Part shown: positions 1-9,956 of the stretch, piece by piece | Layout: every line of letters starts with the position of its first letter | Numbering within the stretch: position 1 is the stretch's first letter | NCBI GenBank assembly: GCA_963803025.1 | Contig: CAWDKZ010000009.1 | Coordinates: forward strand, 36,616-100,615 | Direction: 5' to 3' | Length of the DNA: 64,000 nucleotides | From: an uncultured Acidimicrobiaceae bacterium | GTDB lineage: Bacteria > Actinomycetota > Acidimicrobiia > Acidimicrobiales > Bog-793 | Program-made: the position numbers and the translations under genes | Notes under the pieces: model-generated | What the model was told of the DNA's origin: nothing | What the model saw: only the letters and a program-made list of their open reading frames with translations | Database searches by the model: none

Positions 1-181
1 CGGCGAACACCGGGTAGTGGCCAGAGCCCCCGCCGATAACGACGGCCACCTCACCCGGCGGGCTCTCCTGCGCACGCACCACGCCGCCGTCCACGCGCAC
101 CACACGGTCTCTGTTAGCGGCGACAAAGCCGTCGATCGCCTCGTCCGCGAACGTGGCCGGGTCATCACAAATAACAGGCAT
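1..181 (-). CDS. DhaK-family (dihydroxyacetone/erythrulose) kinase, N-terminus, runs off the window
   Basis: Manual translation MPVICDDPATFADEAIDGFVAANRDRVVRVDGGVVRAQESPPGEVAVVIGGGSGHYPVFA; GGGSGH motif; GGAGG upstream. Confidence 0.85.
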   Translation of the reverse strand, partial: MPVICDDPATFADEAIDGFVAANRDRVVRVDGGVVRAQESPPGEVAVVIGGGSGHYPVFA

Positions 182-211
182 GTCTAAACCCTCCGCTCCG
201 CCCTCTCAGTA

Positions 212-843
212 GAGGTATGACCTGAAGTTGTGGATCACCCACTCGCCCGGAGGCGCGACGTACCTTCCTCGTTGAAATCCAAGACGAGCAGCCAGCGTTA
301 GCGCGCCAACGAGGAAGGGACGCCGATGTTGAGCGTAGTGAACAACGACGAGGCTTGGCGCGGAAGGTCGCTTTGGCCTGGACGAGATCTGCCGCGAAGG
401 TGCGAGGACGATGCTCGCCGCGGCCTTGGAGGCCGAGGTCGACGCGTATCTCGCCGAGCTCGTAGACGAGCGCGATGAGGACGGGCACCGCCTTGTGACG
501 CGAAATGGCCACGCACGACAGCGCAAGGTCCAGACCGTGGCTGGTGCGGTCGAGATCACAACACCGAGGGTGAACGACCGTCGTGTCGACCAAGCAACCG
601 GTGAGAAGGCCCAGTTGAAGTCGGTCATCATCCCGCCATGGCGTCGGAGGTCGCCGAAGGTCACCGAGGTCCTGCCGCTGTTGTACCTGCACGGACTCTC
701 GACAGGCGACTTCGCCCCGGCGCTCGAGGGGTTCTTCGGTTCTGCAGCCGGGTTGTCGGCTTCTGTGATCACCCGGCTCACCGCGGCCTGGCAGGACGAG
801 CACCGGGCCTTCATGGCGCGCAACTTGGCGGACCGGGACTACG
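212..843 (+). mobile_element. IS256-family element, left end and truncated transposase
   Basis: LDEICREGARTMLAAALEAEVDAYL...RNGH...PRVNDRR...LYLHGLSTGDF; starts GAGGTATGACCTGAAG; near-identical copy at 5536. Confidence 0.85.
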
Positions 844-1180
844 TGTCAGACCTCTGGACATAGGCGCTTATGCGACCGCCTGGGACTGGTGCACTCTCGT
901 CTGGGAGGTGGTGCGTCGCACCCTGTAGGCCATCGGAATGTCGGTACCCGGATATGTCGAACCGATGGTGTTGAGATCGGAGACAAGCCCAGCCAGCGCT
1001 CGGTGGTGAATGGGGGTGTCAGGTGGGTCGAGTATCACCGTGACGCCAGTTCCGGTGGTCCGGATATTCCCCGACAGTTCCGCGAACGTTCGTAATAAGT
1101 CGCGGACGTCGTTCGGGTTCGGGTAGTGCCGTTCGAGACGATCGAGGAGCCACTCATCGGCGTTGTAGGCCGTGATATAG
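844..1180 (-). pseudogene. C-terminal fragment of another transposase, truncating the IS256
   Basis: AYNADEWLLDRLERHYPNPNDVRDLLRTFAELSG...LDPPDTPIHHRALAGL resembles actinobacterial transposase C-termini; TGTCAG at junction 844. Confidence 0.55.
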
Positions 1181-1620
1181 CCCCCGGATAGTGGGCATCG
1201 CGGGGTGCCGTGGTGTTCGCCGGACTGGGGACCTGTGCGTGCCGAGATTCCATTCGACCAGGTCACGCTACGAGACGATACTCATGAATAGGGCCGCCGA
1301 GGGTCTCATTCCGCCGTAACGCGTCGGGTCGGGCTCGTCGATTAGATCCGGCATGAGCACCAAGGTCCTGGGCGCTTGCTGGTCTGGGCCCGGATACGGA
1401 CGATGGTCGGTCTGGTGGGCCGTATACGGCTTGAACCTGCAACCTGTCGCGCGGCTCTTCACGATCGGTCCAGTGCTGGGCGTGACCAGGTTGAGGCCCA
1501 CAGACCCACCGACTGAAGGCAAGCTACCGGCCCTCAAGACCGAGAACCGACGAGCCGGGCCAAAGTGGATCACTCGAAGATCAGCCTGTGGACCAAGTTC
1601 AGCCAGCCAACTAGCCTTTA

Positions 1621-1645
1621 CGTCAAGGTATTTCTTTCCTTGACG
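1621..1645. promoter_or_regulatory. Palindromic operator candidate upstream of the kinase-isomerase genes
   Basis: CGTCAAGG-N9-CCTTGACG in an AT-rich patch 65 bp upstream of ATG 1710. Confidence 0.45.
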
Positions 1646-1709
1646 AGCACGCTCTCCGGTTTTTGGATAAGCCTCTTACAACACGACGGGGATTGGGGCC
1701 TGGGCAACC

Positions 1710-3471
1710 ATGAAGAAATTTCTGAACGAACCTGCGAATGCTGTTGATGAGATGCTCGACGGCTTCTGCCGAGCGCACGCCGATAGGGTATTTCGGGTTG
1801 CGCCACGCGTGGTCGGTTCGCGAGCGCGGAGAGATGGCGTGGGTCTCATCACCGGTGGCGGCTCGGGACACAAGCCCGCCTTTATCGGCTACCTCGGGGC
1901 TGGCATGCTCGACGCGGTCGCGGTCGGAGACGTCTTTACATCTCCGCCGGCCGACGCGATCCGGCTCGCCATACGTGCCGCGGACGCGGGCCACGGAGTC
2001 CTCTGCCTACTAGGCAACTACTCCGGCGACGTCATGAACTTTCGGATGGCGGCCGATCTCGCCGCCAGCGAGGGAATCGACACGGCCCTCGCCATCGCAA
2101 CAGACGACATCGGCGCAGGCTTCCGTGACGAGCCAGACCGACGACGCGGGGTGACCGGTCAGGTACTCATCTGGAAGATATGCGGCGCTCTGGCTGATCG
2201 CGCGAGCCAGCCTGAGCGAACTCACTGCCACGGCCATCGAGGTCAACGCCGCTACGAGGACAGTCGGCGTGGCGATAGCGCCGTGCACGGTCCCACAAGC
2301 GGGATCGCCGACGTTCACACTTGGCGAGTCGGAGATGGAATTCGGTGTCGGACACCACGGAGAACCCGGCTCGTCCCGCGAGAAGTTGCCGCGTGTCGAC
2401 GTGATCTGTGAACGGATGCTCACCTCGATCCTCGATGAACTCCGTCCCGTGGGAGCGCCCGTCGCAGTCATCGTCAACGGTCTTGGGGCGACACCACAGA
2501 TGGAGCTTTACGTTGTTTACCGACGCGTGGCCGAACTGCTGGACAAAGAAGGGATCCGTGTCCACCGCGCCTGGGTCGGCGAGTACTTCACCGCGCTCGA
2601 GATGGCGGGATTCTCTCTAACCGTGTCGGTGCTGAACGAGCACTTGGCAGAGTTGCTCGACGCGCCTTCAGACGCCGTGAGCCTGAGGCGGAGCCTTATT
2701 CGTGTCGCCGAAACGGACCGCCCGAGGACGCAGCACCCGCCCGCGACCGATGGTGAGCCGGCGGGTCGGGACGACCAAGGGGCATCTGATACTGACAACC
2801 CCAAGGACGGCCGGCAGGCGGCCCGGGAGGTCCTTTCCGCCCTCGCTGCAGCGATGCCCGCGGAGCGGGAACGACTGTGCCGCCTCGACGCGGAGTTAGG
2901 TGACGGCGACCACGGAGTTACCATGGCAAAGGCCTTCACGGCAGTGGGCCGTATGCTCGACGCGCCGCCTGGTGCCAGCACGGCCGGCATGCTGCGCGCG
3001 ATCGCGGACATCTTCATCACCGAGGTCGGCGGGGCCACGGGGCCACTGTTCGGTTCTGCCTTCCTCGCAGCAGCAGACGAGGTACCTGCCACCGGGCCTG
3101 TCGATTCCGCCGCTATCGCTCGCATGCTCGAGGCGGCCGAAGCGGCAGTCATGAAACGAGGCGGTGCCGGGCCCGGCGACAAGACCATGCTCGACGCGCT
3201 TGCGCCCGCGGCGCGGGCGGCAAAGGACTCCGCCGAGGAAGAGCAGCCTGTTCGTGCCGCCCTCACTAGAGCATCTCAAGCCGCCGAGCGCGGAGCGCAA
3301 AGTACAGCCGAGATGCAAGCCAAGATGGGCCGGGCCGCGAGACTCGGCTTGCGAAGCATCGGCCACGTTGACCCGGGTGCTGAGTCCGTTGCGCTGATGC
3401 TTGCTCACGCGGCCAGGCAATTACTCCTGCCCCAGTCGACTGAACATCACGCCGAAGGGCAACCCACATGA
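1710..3471 (+). CDS. DhaK-DhaL fusion kinase (dihydroxyacetone/erythrulose kinase), one frameshift near 2205
   Basis: GGGSGH, GNYSGDVMNF, GVGHHGEPG (K domain); LDAELGDGDHG, GDKTMLDAL, GRAARLG, DPGA (L domain); ORFs 1710..2411 and 2269..3471 join by a frame change. Confidence 0.85.
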
Positions 3472-4013
3472 CACAATCTGGAAGCGACCCGAGCGCAACG
3501 CCGCGAGCTCCCATGAGGCTCGCCCTGGGGTGCGACGACGCAGCCTTCGGCCTCGCCCAGGTCATTCGCCGGCATCTTGAGACAAACGCCCCTGTCGCGG
3601 TTAGCGTCATGGACTTCGGCGCGTTTGATGCGGAACCGGTGGACTACCCCGACGTCGCCGAAGCGGTCGCCCTGGCAGTCCGGAAAGGCAGCGCCGACCG
3701 TGGCGTGCTGCTCTGTGGCACGGGCATAGGAGTAGCGATAGCGGCTAACAAGGTTCCCGGTGTGCGGGCAGCTTGCTGTCACGACACTTACTCAGCCGAG
3801 CGCTCCCGCGCGAGCAACGATGCTCAGATACTCACGATGGGCGCGCGCGTAGTGGGGCCCGAATTGGCTCTGCGGATCCTTGACACTTGGCTGCAAACTG
3901 AGTTCGGCGGTGGTCCCTCTGCCCGCAAGGTTGCCAAGATCACCGCGATCGAGCGACGGTTCATGGTCGATCCCGCCCCGCGACCCCTTCAAGGTGAGGA
4001 CCCGGCCCCGTGA
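3468..4013 (+). CDS. RpiB/LacAB-family sugar-phosphate isomerase (DerI-like)
   Basis: LGCDDAAF, DYPD, LLCGTGIG, ANKVPGVRA, SNDAQILTMGARVVG. Confidence 0.9.
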   Translation: MTQSGSDPSATPRAPMRLALGCDDAAFGLAQVIRRHLETNAPVAVSVMDFGAFDAEPVDYPDVAEAVALAVRKGSADRGVLLCGTGIGVAIAANKVPGVRAACCHDTYSAERSRASNDAQILTMGARVVGPELALRILDTWLQTEFGGGPSARKVAKITAIERRFMVDPAPRPLQGEDPAP

Positions 4014-4442
4014 ACCTTCGGTCGGCTTGCGCTCCAGGACCGATCGATCAATCTCCTCATGGGAGCAACGACCTAAGTGCCGAGCGACGCGTCGACCGTG
4101 CCTCGCTGACCTGGTAAGCAGCAAGCCCACTCTGAGCAACGTCCGACCCGCCGGCTCGACGCCGGCCGGACGTCCGATGCCACGCGATAACTCAATCCCA
4201 GCTGCTTATCGTCGAGCATCGCACCTTCAGACATCCGTCCGCGGAGCCCACGAGCTCGCCGACAAAGCGGCTCCTCGCGCACGGACCAGGCCTGCTCAGG
4301 GCTTACGACCCGAAGGACCGCCCCGGATGCTGGTGAACAAACGAACGTCCGGGGCGCGAGTACGCCTCACGCCCCGCTTGCACGTTTCTGCTTACTGTCA
4401 GTCGGCCATGTGTCGCGGCAACTCGCCAACCGCAGGCATCGG

Positions 4443-5294
4443 CTATTGGTAGTGCTCAGCGACCTTGCGCTTCATGAAGGCGAGGCCTTCGCTAGCCACG
4501 AGTTCTTCGCTTTCGAAAAGCGGCCGCCATATCTTCGTGGCGGCGACGAGGTTCGGCAGGACGTCACTGAACGACTCAATCGTGAGCCAGCCGTCATAGC
4601 CGATCGCATGCAGCGCATCGAAGGTGGCGTCCCAAGCTACATGGCCGGTGCCAGGTATCCCACGATCATTCTCAGAAATGTGGACATAGCCGATCCGTGA
4701 ACCTGCTTCCTTGATGGCCTCGCCCGGAAGCTTCTCTTCTATGTTCGAATGAAACGTGTCGACGTGTATACGACAGTTAGGCAGCCCGACTTCGTCGACG
4801 AAACGAGCACCTTGAGCCAGCGTGTTCAGAAGGTAGAGCTCGAACCGGTTTATCACCTCCTCGGTGAGCGTCACGCCCGCCGGCGCCGCATACTCCGCCA
4901 CGCGACGGACGTGGGCCACACTCCAGTCCCACTCCTCAACAGTCGGCGCGTGGCCACTGAATACACCCAGAGCGATCTGGTGCGGACCGGCAAGGATTGT
5001 GACCCCGGCGGCCTGGCAGCAATCGACGACTTTCGTCATGTGGTCGTATGCCCGCTGGCGGACCAACAGATCGGGGCTGACAGGGTTGTACTCCGGCGCG
5101 ACAACGTGGTTCGCCGTCCGCTCTAGTCCCATCTCGTCGAGTCTTTGTCCCCAACGTGCCCATTTCGCGGTGTCCAAGTCGAACATGGGGACTTCAACAC
5201 CGTCGTAGCCCATGCTTCGGACGGACTCGAGCACCGGCAAAAGACCGTCATGCAAGTCATCGTCCCATAGCATCAAGTTTATGCCGTATCTCAC
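4443..5294 (-). CDS. Sugar isomerase/epimerase, D-tagatose/psicose 3-epimerase-like TIM barrel
   Basis: GYDGVEVP, EVINRFE, DTFHSNIEE, HISENDRGIPGTG, LTIESF. Confidence 0.9.
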   Translation of the reverse strand: MRYGINLMLWDDDLHDGLLPVLESVRSMGYDGVEVPMFDLDTAKWARWGQRLDEMGLERTANHVVAPEYNPVSPDLLVRQRAYDHMTKVVDCCQAAGVTILAGPHQIALGVFSGHAPTVEEWDWSVAHVRRVAEYAAPAGVTLTEEVINRFELYLLNTLAQGARFVDEVGLPNCRIHVDTFHSNIEEKLPGEAIKEAGSRIGYVHISENDRGIPGTGHVAWDATFDALHAIGYDGWLTIESFSDVLPNLVAATKIWRPLFESEELVASEGLAFMKRKVAEHYQ

Positions 5295-5370
5295 ACCACG
5301 ATCCTTTCCTTAATATTATGCCACCGTAGCTCGCAGCTAGCCGAAAAGCGCCTGCGAGTTCCTCCTCTGT

Positions 5371-5535
5371 TCAGGCCTGCGGCGTATAGACCCGTACCGG
5401 GGTCATGTCCACGGCGTGCCCGCTCCCGGACTCCATGATCACCTTCAGCGTCGGCTGGGCGTCGACATAGAAGAACCTGATCGACTCGCCGATCCGGCCC
5501 TCCATGATGACGGGGGCGCCTATCTCTTCAAGGTA
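5371..5535 (-). pseudogene. C-terminal remnant of a VOC-family (methylmalonyl-CoA epimerase-like) gene cut by IS256
   Basis: YLEEIGAPVIMEGRIGESIRFFYVDAQPTLKVIMESGSGH abuts the IS256 left end. Confidence 0.6.
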
Positions 5536-5858
5536 GAGGTATGACCTGAAGTTGTGGATCACCCACTCGCCCGGAGGCGCGACGTACCTTCCTCGTTGAA
5601 ATCCAAGACGAGCAGCCAGCGTTAGCGCGCCGACGAGGAAGGGACGCCGATGTTGAGCGTAGTGAACAACGACGAGGCTTGGCGCGGAAGGTCGCTTTGG
5701 CCTGGACGAGATCTGCCGCGAAGGTGCGAGGACGATGCTCGCCGCGGCCTTGGAGGCCGAGGTCGACGCGTATCTCGCCGAGCTCGTAGACGAGCGCGAT
5801 GAGGACGGGCACCGCCTTGTGACGCGAAATGGCCACGCACGACAGCGCAAGGTCCAGA
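5536..5858 (+). mobile_element. IS256-family left-end fragment (copy 2), interrupted by IS1634
   Basis: Near-identical to 212-534; identity ends after ...GGTCCAGA. Confidence 0.85.
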
Positions 5859-7716
5859 CTCGACTTCAGCGGGTGGCAAGGCCGTTTCAGCCCTTTCGGG
5901 CGGTCAGGCACCTCGCTGACCTGCGCGTTCTTTTCGGCTGAGCGCCAGATCTTCCGCCGCTGCAGTGACAAATCAGTCGTTGATTCTGGAATGACATCTC
6001 TGCAAGATTGCGGTTGTGTACGTGAAGTCGACGACGGTCCGTGCAGGCAAGAGGACCTATCGCTATCTGACTCTCGTCGAGTCCTTTCGCGAGGGCTCCC
6101 GCGTCCGCCAGCGGGTCGTCGCCCGACTCGGCGAGGAGTCCGAGCTCGTCGCCTCCGGCGAGCTCGACCGGATCGTCGACGCCCTCTCCGGGCGCCTGGC
6201 GAGGCCGGGACCGACCGCGGTCGTCGCGGAATCGGCCCCTTCCTTCGGCGGTGTCGCTGCGGTGGCGGCCTACTTCTTCCGGCTCGGCCTCGGCGAGCTG
6301 TTCGCCGCGGTCGGGGCGAAGCGCCGTGCCCTGCTCGTCCCCGACGCGCTCCTGGCGATGGTCGCCAACCGGCTCCTCCTTCCCTCCTCCAAGCGACGGA
6401 CGGTCACCGACTGGCTGGGGGAGGACGTCGCCCTTCCCGAGGGGTTCTCGCTCCCCTCCCTCGACCAGTGCTACCGCGCCCTCGACGTCCTCGCCGAGAA
6501 GAAGGGGGATCTCGAGACCCACCTCTACGGGCGACTGACGGATCTCACCAACCTCGACCTCCGCCTCTGCTGCTACGACTTGACCTCGAGCTATCTCGAG
6601 GGCGACCCGCGTCCGGAGGAGCGCTTTCCCTCGAAGGCCTTCGGCTACAGCCGCGACCATCGAGGGGACCGCCCCCAGGTCGTAATCGGCCTTCTCGTCA
6701 CCGGGGACGGGATCCCGCTCGCCCACCACGTCTTTTCCGGCCACACCGCCGATGTGACGAGTTCCCTCAGCGTGATGGCCGACTACCAGTCCCGCTTCGG
6801 GGTCGGGAGGATCGCCCTCGTCTGCGACCGGGGACTCATCAACGAGGAGAACCTCGCCTCGGTGGCGTCACACGGCTTCGACCACGTGATGGCGACGCGG
6901 CTGCACCGCGACCCCGACGTCGTGGCGGTCCTCGAGGCCGCCGCGGCAGACGGCGCCACCTGGAGCGAGATGACCCGGCCGTCGTGCTCGGTGACCGAGA
7001 TCACCCACGAGAGCCGGCACTACGTAGTCGTCGCATCCACCGAGCGAAAGGCCCGCGACGACAACCGGCGCGAGGAGCTGCTGGCCCGGACCGAGGAGAG
7101 ACTGATCGCGCTCTCGCGACGCGTCGACGAGGGACGCCTCAAGGACCCCGCGAAGATCGGCGCGGCGGCCGAGCGGATCCTCTCGGGCTCCGGTGTCGCC
7201 CGGTGCTTTTTGACGACGATCTCTGAGGGGGTCTTCTCGTGGAGCCACGACGCCGCGGCTCTCCGTTACGAGGAGGAGTTCCTCGCCGGCCGCTACGTGC
7301 TGGTGACCTCGCTCTCGCCGAACGACGCCAGGGCGATCGACGTCGTGCGCCACTACCGCTCGCTCGAGCGCGTCGAACGGCGCTTCCGGGTCCTGAAGGA
7401 CTTCCTCGGCCTCCGGCCGATCCGCCACTTCACCGAGAAGCGCGTCCGCGGGCACATCGCGCTCTGCGTCCTCGCCGCGGTGATCGAGGCGGTCATGACC
7501 CGTGACCTCGAGGCCCATCGGCTCATGGATCCCGATTTGAAAGACCAGGTCCTCTCACCCCGCCGCGCCCTTCGCGAGCTCGAGCGGATCCGCGCCGTGC
7601 GGCTCGTCGGCGCGGACGGGATTCCACGCCAGGTGATCACCCGGCCGAGTCCCCTGCAGGCGAAGATCCTCGCCGCCTTCGGCGTGGACACCTCGACCTG
7701 GCGCTCATAGCTCACC
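5859..7716 (+). mobile_element. IS1634-family element (copy A); right end lost to an IS21 insertion
   Basis: Left end CTCGACTTCAGCGGG resembles the ends of the other IS1634 copies; contains transposase. Confidence 0.75.
6016..7710 (+). CDS. IS1634-family DDE transposase
   Basis: YDLTSSYLEG, FGYSRDHRGDRPQVVIGL, VCDRG, VERRFRVLK, RPIRH..RVRGHI. Confidence 0.92.
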   Translation: MYVKSTTVRAGKRTYRYLTLVESFREGSRVRQRVVARLGEESELVASGELDRIVDALSGRLARPGPTAVVAESAPSFGGVAAVAAYFFRLGLGELFAAVGAKRRALLVPDALLAMVANRLLLPSSKRRTVTDWLGEDVALPEGFSLPSLDQCYRALDVLAEKKGDLETHLYGRLTDLTNLDLRLCCYDLTSSYLEGDPRPEERFPSKAFGYSRDHRGDRPQVVIGLLVTGDGIPLAHHVFSGHTADVTSSLSVMADYQSRFGVGRIALVCDRGLINEENLASVASHGFDHVMATRLHRDPDVVAVLEAAAADGATWSEMTRPSCSVTEITHESRHYVVVASTERKARDDNRREELLARTEERLIALSRRVDEGRLKDPAKIGAAAERILSGSGVARCFLTTISEGVFSWSHDAAALRYEEEFLAGRYVLVTSLSPNDARAIDVVRHYRSLERVERRFRVLKDFLGLRPIRHFTEKRVRGHIALCVLAAVIEAVMTRDLEAHRLMDPDLKDQVLSPRRALRELERIRAVRLVGADGIPRQVITRPSPLQAKILAAFGVDTSTWRS

Positions 7717-7926
7717 TGTGCCCGCGATCTTTGAACTTCCCCACTCACGATCAGTGAAATTCCCCACCCCGCGCCGGTGAGCTGAACTATCCACCCGCGG
7801 TGGCGGGCCCCCTTCGAAGCTGGCAGCAACCAAGCCTCCAGCTCGAAGGGAGCCCTGCTCTGCATGCTCACACATGGGGAAGACGTGGAAGCACATGCAC
7901 TGCGCCAACGGGGCTGGACGATCTCC
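7717..7926 (+). mobile_element. IS21-family left end plus istA start (fragment)
   Basis: TGT start; tandem repeats CGATCTTTGAACTTCCCCAC / CGATCAGTGAAATTCCCCAC; MLTHGEDVEAHALRQRGWTIS. Confidence 0.7.
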
Positions 7927-8045
7927 GGCGCGAGCTCCTCGGAGAGCAACAAGATCTCGTTCCAGAAGAGACTGTCACAGCAGCGGCATAGGCTTTTGTT
8001 GGAACCTGCGCCTCGAGCTATTTACACCGCGCGTGGGACGCCACC
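7927..8045 (+). mobile_element. Probable right end of another IS256-type element
   Basis: ...VPEETVTAAA* followed by TACACCGCGCGTGGGACGCCACC, similar to actinobacterial IS256 right ends. Confidence 0.4.
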
Positions 8046-8153
8046 CGCGGGGTCAGGGACCCCGGTGAAGCAGTTTCCCTCCTTTCCGACCGGAGTTCAG
8101 CGGGTCAATCGCGAAAGCGCAGGCAGATGGGGGCGCGGCTGATCGGGTTTTAA

Positions 8154-9364
8154 GGGGTATCGGGTTAACTCCGCGGGCACAAGATGGGGGGTCATACCCG
8201 GAGCCGATACTGGTGGCGTGAAGCGCGCGCCATGGAACGTCGAGGGCGACCCCCCGCTCGCTGGCTGCCACTACCCGGCGTCGTTCACCGAGTTCGCCAG
8301 CTGGTTCACCGATGAGCCCCATGCAGCGGCCTACATCGAGGTAGTGCGATTCCGTCACGGACTGGCGTGTGTCCGGTGCGGGTTGATCGATGTGCGTCGG
8401 GGTTGTGACGGCGCCTTCTGGTGCGGGTTGTGCCGTCGTCGGTTCTCGGCCACCACCGGGACGCTGCTTGAGGCACCCATGTGCCACTCGGGACGTGGCT
8501 TGCTGCCGCCTGGAGTTGACAAACACCAAGACCGGGGTGTCGGCCGTCAGCTTGTCGAGGTCGCTCGACCTCCGCTACGAAACCTCCTGGTACCTCCTGC
8601 ACAAGCTGCGCGCAGCCATGAGCTTCGTCGGTCACGACCGGCTCCGCGGTGACGTCGAGCTCGATGAGACCTTCGTCGGCGGTTTCGCCGAAGGCACGGG
8701 CTCGGGCGGTGCGCACGCTCGTTCCAGCAACAAAACAACGGTGATCGTCGCAGCAGAACGGGCGGCGGAGACGACCATCGGTCGCATCAGAATGGCGAGG
8801 AGTCTCGACTCCTCTGTCTTGTGCCTGGCTCGCTTCATCAGCGACAACGTCGAATCCGGAGCGATCCAGCACACCGACGGCTGGCCTTCGTATGAGCCCA
8901 CGCTCAAGCTGCTCGCCCTCGAGGGACTCCGCTACGAACTCCGACCGGTCGCATGGGCAGCGCAGGTCACGCCCACGACTACCTGTTCGGCGTTCACCGG
9001 GCAGCTTCGCTCCTCAAGCGCTGGCTGCTCGGGCACCCACCAGGGATCGGTGAGCGCGCACCAGATCGATCACTACCTGGCGGAGTTCGTCTTCCGCTTC
9101 AACCGCAGGGCTTCGAGAAGCCGAGGTCTGTTGTTCTGGCGCCTTGTCTGCGCGCTCGTGGAGACGAAATGGGTTGGACAGGATGAGGTCGCCGCTCGGA
9201 AAGCCGAGTTGGTTGCGTCCGACTGCCAACTCGCACTCGAAATCGACCGGTACGTCGCAGGTCGATCGCGTCGCTACCGCGCCAAGCAGGCGGCCAAGTT
9301 CACAAGGGGCATCCCATTGGGTTGACCACCACATCTTGGGCCCGCGCAGTTAACCCGATACCCC
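8154..9364 (+). mobile_element. IS1595-family element with frameshifted transposase (about 8218-9325)
   Basis: 33-bp TIR GGGGTATCGGGTTAACT(C/G)CGCGGGC(A/C)CAAGATG with 2 mismatches; TTAA on both flanks; Zn ribbon CVRCG..CGLC, VELDETFVGG, HTDGW, YLAEFVFRFNRR. Confidence 0.9.
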
Positions 9365-9509
9365 TTAAAAACCGTCTCATCGCGACGTCGTGACCAGGAG
9401 CTTCATCCGTGAGCCGCCGAAGTCCGGTCAGGCAACGCGACGAAGGAGAACGGCAGAGCGACAGGCGGCATGACGCTCGGGCGAGTGCGATTTACATGGG
9501 CGTGCGGAC

Positions 9510-9720
9510 TTGACCGCGTGCAAGCATCTGGTGCGAGAGCGCTTCGAGCGCTCCGGCATGCGCTGGTCACCCGCCATGGCCGAAGCGATGCTCAAGTTGC
9601 GTGCTGTCTACCTCTCAGCTCAGGCGACTTCGATTCCTACCGGGAGTTCCATGCCCGGCGGGATCAGGAGAGATTGCATCCGAAGGGTTCCTGGCGGGTC
9701 GTCCGAAAATAGCCACACCC
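9510..9720 (+). pseudogene. ISKra4-like transposase C-terminal fragment
   Basis: ACKHLVRERFERSGMRWS..AEAMLKLRAV; ends in AGCCACACCC. Confidence 0.6.
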
Positions 9721-9724
9721 AACT

Positions 9725-9914
9725 CATTACAACGGCCACCGTCCACACCAGAGTCGGGAACAGCGGTCGCCCATCCACGATCCCGGTCAGGTGATCGACT
9801 TGACTGCCGCGATCCGCCGACGACAGGTACTCGGCGGTTTGATCAACGAGTATCGCCGAGCTGTATGAGGCTCGTGCACAACCGGCCCGTGCGAAGGGGT
9901 TCTGGCACGACACA
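9725..9914 (+). pseudogene. Integrase-core (rve) transposase C-terminal fragment
   Basis: HYNGHRPHQS...IRRRQVLGGLINEYRRA; ends in GTTCTGGCACGACACA. Confidence 0.6.
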
Positions 9915-9956
9915 GATGACGCCGCCGCCCCGGAACGTGGTCTGCCGACGTGTTGC

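Noticed and set aside
1268-1643. Small ORFs upstream of the kinase
   Set aside because: No motif, RBS or codon-pattern support
2195-2220. Programmed frameshift in the DhaK-L kinase
   Set aside because: No slippery heptamer; a simple indel or read error is more likely
4014-4442. ORF 3880..4452 or ncRNA between convergent genes
   Set aside because: Only weak GC hairpins near 4320-4377; nothing assignable
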